The notes under the pieces: model-generated
The model's database searches: none
The model's input: the letters and a program-made list of their open reading frames with translations, nothing else
What the model was told of the DNA's origin: nothing
DNA from: Xanthomonas campestris pv. campestris str. ATCC 33913
Lineage (GTDB): Bacteria; Pseudomonadota; Gammaproteobacteria; Xanthomonadales; Xanthomonadaceae
DNA: 32,000 bases
Reading direction: 5' to 3'
Assembly (NCBI RefSeq): GCF_000007145.1
Contig: NC_003902.1
Coordinates: forward strand, 2,276,497 to 2,308,496
Made by a program: the position numbers and the translations under genes
Shown: positions 25,008-32,000 of the stretch, piece by piece
Position numbering within the stretch: the stretch's first letter is position 1
Layout: the number at the start of each line of letters is the position of its first letter

Positions 25008-26143
25008 CAAGCCACTACCTCGGAAGAAAAAGAAGATCCCGCCAGCTGGCGTTCCAGCGGCGCATCGGTGGCGGCAATGACCGCACCGCCCAGGCATTCC
25101 TCGCCGTCGTACAGCACCAGCGACTGCCCCGGCGTCACTGCGCGTTGCGGCCGCTCAAAGTTCACCTGCAGCGTGCCGTCGTCCTGGACGGTGACGGTGC
25201 AGGGCTCATCCGGCTGCCGGTAGCGGGTTTGCGCGGTGCAGCTGAAACTGCGCGCCGGCGGCGCGCCGGTGACCCAGTGCGCCTGCTCGGACTGCAGCCA
25301 ACGGGACTGCAGTAGCGGGCTGTCGCGGTCCTGGTCCACATACAGCACGTTGCTGCCCACATCCTTGCCCACCACATACCAGGGCGCTGCGGCACGCCCA
25401 CGCACGCCGCCGATATTCAGGCCTTCGCGCTGGCCCAGGGTGAAATAGAACACCCCCGGATGCTCGGCAATTCGCTGCCCCTGCGGGTCACGGATCTCGC
25501 CGGTGCGGGCGGGCAGATAACGGCCCAGGAATTCGCGGAAGTCGCGTTCGCCAATGAAACAAATGCCGGTCGAATCCTTCTTGGCATGCGTCGGCAGGCC
25601 GGCGTCCTGGGCGATGCGGCGCAGCGCGCTCTTTTCCAGCTCGCCGATCGGGAACAGCGTGGCCGCCAGCTGGCTCTGGCCCAACTGGTGCAAAAAGTAG
25701 CTCTGATCCTTGTTGCGGTCGGCGCCGCGCAGCAGCCGCCAGCGCCCGCCCAGATGCGCCACGCGCGCGTAGTGGCCGGTGGCGATCCGCTCGGCGCCCA
25801 GCGCCTGGGCAGCCTCCAGGAAGTGCTTGAACTTGACCTCGCGGTTGCACAGCACGTCCGGGTTCGGCGTGCGTCCGGCTGCGTATTCGGCCAGAAAATG
25901 CTCGAACACGCCGCTCCAGTACTCGCCGGAGAAATCCCGGAAATGGAAGGGAATACCCAGCACGCCGCAGACAGCCACCGCATCGCGCCGGTCGTCCTCG
26001 GCACGGCAGTCGCCGCTGCCATCGTCGGCCCAGTTCTGCATGAACAGGCCGGCGATCGGCTCGCCGTCCTGGGCCAGCTTCCATGCCGCCACCGACGAAT
26101 CCACGCCGCCCGACACCCCTACGATGGTCCGCGGCGTGCTCAT
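25007..26143 (-). CDS. mnmA: tRNA-specific 2-thiouridylase MnmA
   Basis: I trimmed the track ORF to the ATG at 26143, giving 378 aa. It has a PP-loop ([17 protein letters not shown]) followed by GLFMQNW...C...[17 protein letters not shown]...DQSYFL. Its start overlaps the NUDIX gene stop (ATGA). Confidence 0.95.
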   Translation of the reverse strand: MSTPRTIVGVSGGVDSSVAAWKLAQDGEPIAGLFMQNWADDGSGDCRAEDDRRDAVAVCGVLGIPFHFRDFSGEYWSGVFEHFLAEYAAGRTPNPDVLCNREVKFKHFLEAAQALGAERIATGHYARVAHLGGRWRLLRGADRNKDQSYFLHQLGQSQLAATLFPIGELEKSALRRIAQDAGLPTHAKKDSTGICFIGERDFREFLGRYLPARTGEIRDPQGQRIAEHPGVFYFTLGQREGLNIGGVRGRAAAPWYVVGKDVGSNVLYVDQDRDSPLLQSRWLQSEQAHWVTGAPPARSFSCTAQTRYRQPDEPCTVTVQDDGTLQVNFERPQRAVTPGQSLVLYDGEECLGGAVIAATDAPLERQLAGSSFSSEVVA

Positions 26144-26598
26144 GCGACGTGCCGTACCAGCGCAAGCGGATGGCGTTGCCCGGCCAGGTAGTCGGCCACC
26201 ACCTCCCACACCAGCGGGCTGCGCAGCCGATCGCTGGCAGCGCGCAGTTCCTCGGGCGTCATCCACAGCGCGCGCACCACACCCGTGTCCAGGCTGCGTT
26301 CGGGATGATGGGCGAGGGCATCGGCGACGAAGGCAAAGCGCAGGAAGCACTGCCCGGTGGGCGCCACCCATTGATAGGTTCCGATGAACTGGGTCAGGCG
26401 CACGTCCCAGCCGGTTTCCTCCAGGGTCTCGCGCACGGCCGCCTGCAGCAGGCTTTCGTCCGGCTCCAGATGCCCGGCGGGCTGGTTCAACAGCAGGCGC
26501 CCCCCGATGGATTCTTCCACCTGCAAAAAGCGGCCGTCACGGACCACCACGGTGGCCACGGTGACATCGGGGTGCCAGCGGGTTTCTTGAAGCGTCAT
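26140..26598 (-). CDS. NUDIX hydrolase (NudJ-like by position)
   Basis: 152 aa. The NUDIX box is [22 protein letters not shown]. It lies directly upstream of mnmA and is translationally coupled to it, matching the enterobacterial nudJ-mnmA-hflD order. Confidence 0.88.
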   Translation of the reverse strand: MTLQETRWHPDVTVATVVVRDGRFLQVEESIGGRLLLNQPAGHLEPDESLLQAAVRETLEETGWDVRLTQFIGTYQWVAPTGQCFLRFAFVADALAHHPERSLDTGVVRALWMTPEELRAASDRLRSPLVWEVVADYLAGQRHPLALVRHVA

Positions 26599-26691
26599 CA
26601 GTCACTGGGTCCAGGAAGTGGCAGGCTGGAGATTGATCCGCGCCGCACAGGAAACAAGCGCCGTCCACCGATCGCAGCGGGCGCTAGGTGG

Positions 26692-26743
26692 GGCATCCGC
26701 AGTGCGGCGCAGTGCAACACTGCATGCCGCCAATGCGGATGCC
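26692..26743. repeat. Three-tier nested palindrome in the divergent NUDIX|clpS intergenic region
   Basis: The sequence is GGCATCCGCA-gt-GCGGC-GCAGTG-caa-CACTGC-at-GCCGC-caa-TGCGGATGCC, with 10 + 5 + 6 paired positions. The motif (C)GCAGTG recurs at 26698, 26709, 26751 and 26781. Confidence 0.7.
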
Positions 26744-26878
26744 GGCAGTAGCGCAGTGCGCCACGGAGCGTGCCATTGCAACGCAGTGGTGGAAGACGTC
26801 ATCAGTGGCCGGCCGGAGAACAGGCGTAAATTGTGCGGGCGCGGGGCCAAATCGTCCAATGCGGAGGGCGCGGGACCG

Positions 26879-26884
26879 TATAAT
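26879..26884 (+). promoter_or_regulatory. Perfect TATAAT -10 hexamer 6 nt upstream of the clpS ATG (possible leaderless transcript)
   Basis: The sequence is ggaccgTATAATggccggATG. There is no purine-rich Shine-Dalgarno between the hexamer and the ATG. I found no convincing -35 element. Confidence 0.35.
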
Positions 26885-26890
26885 GGCCGG

Positions 26891-27211
26891 ATGCCTCGTA
26901 AGACCTCCCACGAACACGACCACGGCCTAGTGGTTGAGACCAGCAAGCCCGAGGTGGCGCCACCGCCGCGCTACCAGGTGCTCCTGCTGAATGATGACTA
27001 CACCCCGATGGACTTCGTGGTGACCGTGCTGCAGCAGTTCTTCAACCTGGAGCTGGAGCGTGCCACCCAGGTGATGCTGCATGTCCATACGCGGGGGCGC
27101 GGCGTCTGCGGCGTCTACAGCCGCGAGGTTGCCGAATCCAAAGTGGCCCAGGTCAACGAATTCTCGCGCATGAACCAGCACCCGCTGCTGTGCACGATGG
27201 AGCAGGCCTGA
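26891..27211 (+). CDS. clpS: ATP-dependent Clp protease adaptor ClpS
   Basis: I trimmed the track ORF to the ATG at 26891, giving 106 aa. The core [77 protein letters not shown] is collinear with ClpS. It lies directly upstream of clpA. Confidence 0.93.
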   Translation: MPRKTSHEHDHGLVVETSKPEVAPPPRYQVLLLNDDYTPMDFVVTVLQQFFNLELERATQVMLHVHTRGRGVCGVYSREVAESKVAQVNEFSRMNQHPLLCTMEQA

Positions 27212-27354
27212 GCGGTCTGGCTGGATCATTCCAGCAGTGCAACGGTGTTGCTGCAATGGCGTGCTAACGCCGTCTGAACATGCCTATCCGATAGGGTTGT
27301 GGAAAATCCCAACAAAAGCCGCATATTGTTGGCAACAGCCGTTCGGAGTTACCA

Positions 27355-29637
<2,283 letters not shown>

Positions 29638-29662
29638 TCGTTGCGATTGGTCGCTGCTAGAG

Positions 29663-29690
29663 AAAAGCCGCTCGAAAGAGCGGCTTTTTT
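29663..29690 (+). terminator. Rho-independent terminator after clpA
   Basis: The sequence is AAAAGCCGCTC-gaaa-GAGCGGCTTTTTT. It has an 11-bp stem, a GNRA-like loop and a T6 tract, and lies 26 nt after the stop. An A-tract on the 5' side makes it look bidirectional. Confidence 0.85.
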
Positions 29691-30000
29691 GTGTTGAAGG
29701 CGCTGGAGCTGGAGCTGGAGCGGCACTGTTCTGGCGTACTGCTGGAGCAGACCATGTGACTGTTCGACCGCTGCAGCGCGGCTCAGGGTTGTACGCAGCG
29801 CATGGCGCCTAGGTGGTTTACGGCGATCTTCCCGCACTTGGACGCCATGATGCGCCGACGCCGGCGCCCGCTCCTCTGCGGCTGCGTCACGCAGCTGCGC
29901 TATCGGCCGCCGAAAACGTCAACGCACAGATCAGCGCGCAGGCGAAAGCCTGCCCATGTAACGCGACCGCACGGGCAGAAAATAAAACTCCAGGCACGAC

Positions 30001-30022
30001 AAAAAGCGGCACTTGGCCGCTT
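30001..30022 (-). terminator. Rho-independent terminator after infA
   Basis: The reverse strand reads AAGCGGC-caagt-GCCGCTTTTT. It lies 23 nt downstream of the infA stop. Confidence 0.7.
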
Positions 30023-30044
30023 CGCGTCTTGATACCAGAACCGC

Positions 30045-30263
30045 TTACTTCATGCGGTAGGTAATACGGCCCTTGGTGAGGTCGTACGGCGTCATCTCAA
30101 CTTTGACACGGTCGCCGGTGAGGATGCGGATGTAGTTCTTGCGCATACGGCCGGAGATGTGGGCGATGATTTCATACCCGTTTTCCAGCTTGACCCGGAA
30201 CGTGGTGTTGGGGAGCGTCTCGCTGACGCTGCCTTCGAATTCAATGGAGTCGTCTTTCGACAT
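30045..30263 (-). CDS. infA: Translation initiation factor IF-1
   Basis: 72 aa from the ATG at 30263. The sequence is [72 protein letters not shown]. The 6 extra upstream codons in the track ORF are not part of IF-1. Confidence 0.97.
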   Translation of the reverse strand: MSKDDSIEFEGSVSETLPNTTFRVKLENGYEIIAHISGRMRKNYIRILTGDRVKVEMTPYDLTKGRITYRMK

Positions 30264-30311
30264 GTAATCCTGTGCAATCACGGTTGGCCCGGCAGGGCCG
30301 TAAGGGACAGC

Positions 30312-30340
30312 ATTTTACGCTCCATCTCGCCGAGGCGCAA
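30312..30340 (-). promoter_or_regulatory. Candidate sigma70 promoter of infA
   Basis: The reverse strand reads TTGCGC-N17-TAAAAT. It lies just downstream of the aat stop, about 50 nt upstream of the infA ATG. Confidence 0.45.
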
Positions 30341-30343
30341 ATT

Positions 30344-31093
30344 TTATGTTAAGCGGACTCCTGCAAGCGCGCTTGCGTGCCGTTCGCCATAGCGTTGCGT
30401 CCAGCTGCCAGGTGGCTCGGGCAATGCGACCTGGGTGGCTACGTGCTGCAGGAACTGCTCGCGTTGCAGGCGTTGTGCGCCCAGGCGCATCAGGTGCGGG
30501 TTTTCCACCTGTGCATCGATCAGTGGCCAGCCGAGGCCATGCAGTTCGGCGGCGAGCGCTGCCAGTGCAATCTTGGAGCCGCCACTGGCGCCGCTGAACA
30601 TGCTTTCGCCGAAGAACATCTGGCCGATCGCAACCCCATAGATGCCGCCCACCAGACGCGCGCCGTCAAACACTTCCACTGAATGCGCGTATCCGCGTCT
30701 GTGCAGGTCCAGGTAGGCCTCCTGCATCTGGTCGGTAATCCAGGTGCCGTCCTGGCCAGGGCGCGGACTCAACGCGCAGGCGGCGATGACCTGCGCAAAT
30801 GCGGTGTCGGCGCGCAGGGTCCAGGTGCACGTGCGCAGCTGCCGCCTGAAGCGGGACGACAAGTGGATGGCGTCGGTGCGAAACACGGTGCGCGGGTTCG
30901 GGCTCCACCACAGCAGCGGTTGGCCGTCGGAGAACCAGGGAAAGATTCCGTGCGCGTAGGCGTTGAGTAGCCGCTGCGGGTGCAGGTCGCCGCCGATGGC
31001 GAGCAGCCCATCGGGCTCGCGCAAGGCGTGCTCGGCGGGTGGGAACGGGCTTGCAGGATCCGATGACAACAGATGGGGCAGGGTGCGCGACAT
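30344..31093 (-). CDS. aat: Leucyl/phenylalanyl-tRNA--protein transferase (N-degron pathway)
   Basis: 249 aa. The conserved blocks are LLAIGGDL...LLNAYAHGIFPWFSDGQPLLWWSPNPR, followed by GYAHSVEV...LVGGIYGVAIGQMFFGESMFS. Confidence 0.93.
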   Translation of the reverse strand: MSRTLPHLLSSDPASPFPPAEHALREPDGLLAIGGDLHPQRLLNAYAHGIFPWFSDGQPLLWWSPNPRTVFRTDAIHLSSRFRRQLRTCTWTLRADTAFAQVIAACALSPRPGQDGTWITDQMQEAYLDLHRRGYAHSVEVFDGARLVGGIYGVAIGQMFFGESMFSGASGGSKIALAALAAELHGLGWPLIDAQVENPHLMRLGAQRLQREQFLQHVATQVALPEPPGSWTQRYGERHASALAGVRLT

Positions 31094-31134
31094 GCGCAGA
31101 GTCTAGCGGCGCGGTCTGCGCTGCGGCGACGTCG

Positions 31135-32000
31135 TCAGTCGCGGAACGGGCTGTGGTCGGCCAGCTCGACGGCATGCTGGGCCACGGCGGCGCGCTCATC
31201 GGCGCACCACTGCGCCAGCGGCTCACGGAAGCCGGGGTCGGCAATCCAGTGGCGGCTGCGCACCAGGGTGGGCAGGAAGCCGCGCGCAATCTTGTGTTGC
31301 CCCTGGGCGCCGGGTTCGAAGCGGGTCAGGCCTTCGCGCAGGCAATACTCGATGCCCTGGTAGTAGCAGGTTTCAAAATGCAGGCCAGGCAGTGCTTCGC
31401 CGCCCCAGTAGCGGCCGTACAGGGTGTCGCCGCCGCGTAGGCATAGCGCCCCGGCGATGGGTTGCCCGTCCAGCTCGGCCAGGAACATCACCAGCTGCCG
31501 CGGCAGGTGCTGCGCCAGGTGCTGCAGGAATTCGGGCGTTAGCGCGGGGGAGTTGCCGTATTCCTCGAAGGTCTTGAGGTAGAAGCCGTACATGGCCTGC
31601 AGCTCGTCCGCACTAGCCTCGTCACCATGCAGCACACGAAAACGCACCCCGGCGCGCTGCACCTTGGCGCGCTCCTGGCGGATGTTCTTGCGGTGCTTGT
31701 GGTTCATCGCGCCCAAGTAGGCCTCGAAGTCGGCCCAGCCGGTCGCGTTGTGCCAGTGGTATTGCAGGTCGTTGCGCTCCAGCCACTCTGCGGTGAATGC
31801 CGCGTCCTCGTTGGCGGGATAGAAATTGACGTGCGCAGACGACAGGCTGGCGCTTTCCACCAGCGTGCGCATGCCGTCGAGCAGGTGCGTATGCCAGCGC
31901 GGGTCGCCCAGCAGGCGGGGGCCGGTCACCGGCGAGTACGGCACCCCGCACAGCCACTTGGGGAAGTAGTTTTGGCCGTAGCGGGCATAGGCATGTGCCC
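31135..32000 (-). CDS. DUF482 / FemAB-like GNAT family protein, 5'-truncated by the window end
   Basis: The track ORF starts at a GTG (31944), but the frame stays open to base 32000. Upstream it reads ...AHAYARYGQNYFPKWLCGVPYSPVTGPRLL. The C-terminal part (GGDTLYGRYWG...HFETCYYQGIEYCLREGLTRFEPGAQGQHKIARGF) is typical of this family, which usually runs to about 380-400 aa by my recollection. Confidence 0.8.
   Translation of the reverse strand, partial: AHAYARYGQNYFPKWLCGVPYSPVTGPRLLGDPRWHTHLLDGMRTLVESASLSSAHVNFYPANEDAAFTAEWLERNDLQYHWHNATGWADFEAYLGAMNHKHRKNIRQERAKVQRAGVRFRVLHGDEASADELQAMYGFYLKTFEEYGNSPALTPEFLQHLAQHLPRQLVMFLAELDGQPIAGALCLRGGDTLYGRYWGGEALPGLHFETCYYQGIEYCLREGLTRFEPGAQGQHKIARGFLPTLVRSRHWIADPGFREPLAQWCADERAAVAQHAVELADHSPFRD

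Noticed and set aside
29693-30000. Search for a tRNA or small gene between clpA and infA. The region also holds the (GCTGGA)3 microrepeat at 29701-29722 and the 15-bp palindrome GCTGCGTcACGCAGC at 29881-29895.
   Set aside because: The only TTCGA-containing stretch (about 29742-29752) has no flanking T-arm complementarity or acceptor stem. The ORFs at 29802-30032 and 29813-30064 are Arg/Pro-rich junk. The microrepeat and the palindrome are too short to interpret.

Overview
GC-rich gammaproteobacterial chromosome. Gene content and synteny look like Xanthomonas, which is an inference I could not check by search.

**Gene content**
- **1-13.3 kb:** the flagellar hook and basal-body cluster. flgL(partial)-K-J-I-H-G-F-E-D-C-B lie on the minus strand, followed by a cheV-like gene and a divergent flgA-flgM-flgN.
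- **13.4-24.3 kb:** a signalling block. It holds a soluble PAS histidine kinase, a GGDEF(degenerate)-EAL-REC response regulator translationally packed behind a membrane multi-PAS HisKA_3 kinase, a multi-PAS GGDEF(degenerate)-EAL protein, and a short MCP with no periplasmic domain.
- **24.4-32 kb:** conserved housekeeping genes. These are hflD-mnmA-NUDIX (minus strand), clpS-clpA (plus strand), infA, aat, and a DUF482/FemAB-like GNAT gene that runs off the window end.

**What I did not find**
There is no rRNA, tRNA, CRISPR array, IS or transposase, prophage, or recognisable defence or secretion system. I cannot support a novel protein-coding system here.

**What annotation does not explain**
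The unexplained material is all non-coding.
1. Three same-polarity copies of a composite inverted repeat sit in flagellar and signalling intergenic regions. Their arms are (GGGAATC)n / (GATTCCC)n heptamer arrays and match the G-quadruplex pattern.
2. A second family combines a long nested palindrome with a 33-bp unit. It fills an unusual 793-bp gap splitting flgF from flgG, and a 1.5-kb gene-poor gap between the GGDEF-EAL gene and the MCP.
3. A readable set of sigma54-type promoters (flgB, flgA, possibly flgG) and sigma28-type promoters (flgM, MCP, possibly the PAS-GGDEF-EAL gene and cheV).
4. A three-tier palindrome and a possible leaderless start at clpS.

Many long ORFs in the six-frame track are antisense or repeat-derived artefacts of the high GC content. 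The track also renders GTG and TTG starts as M.
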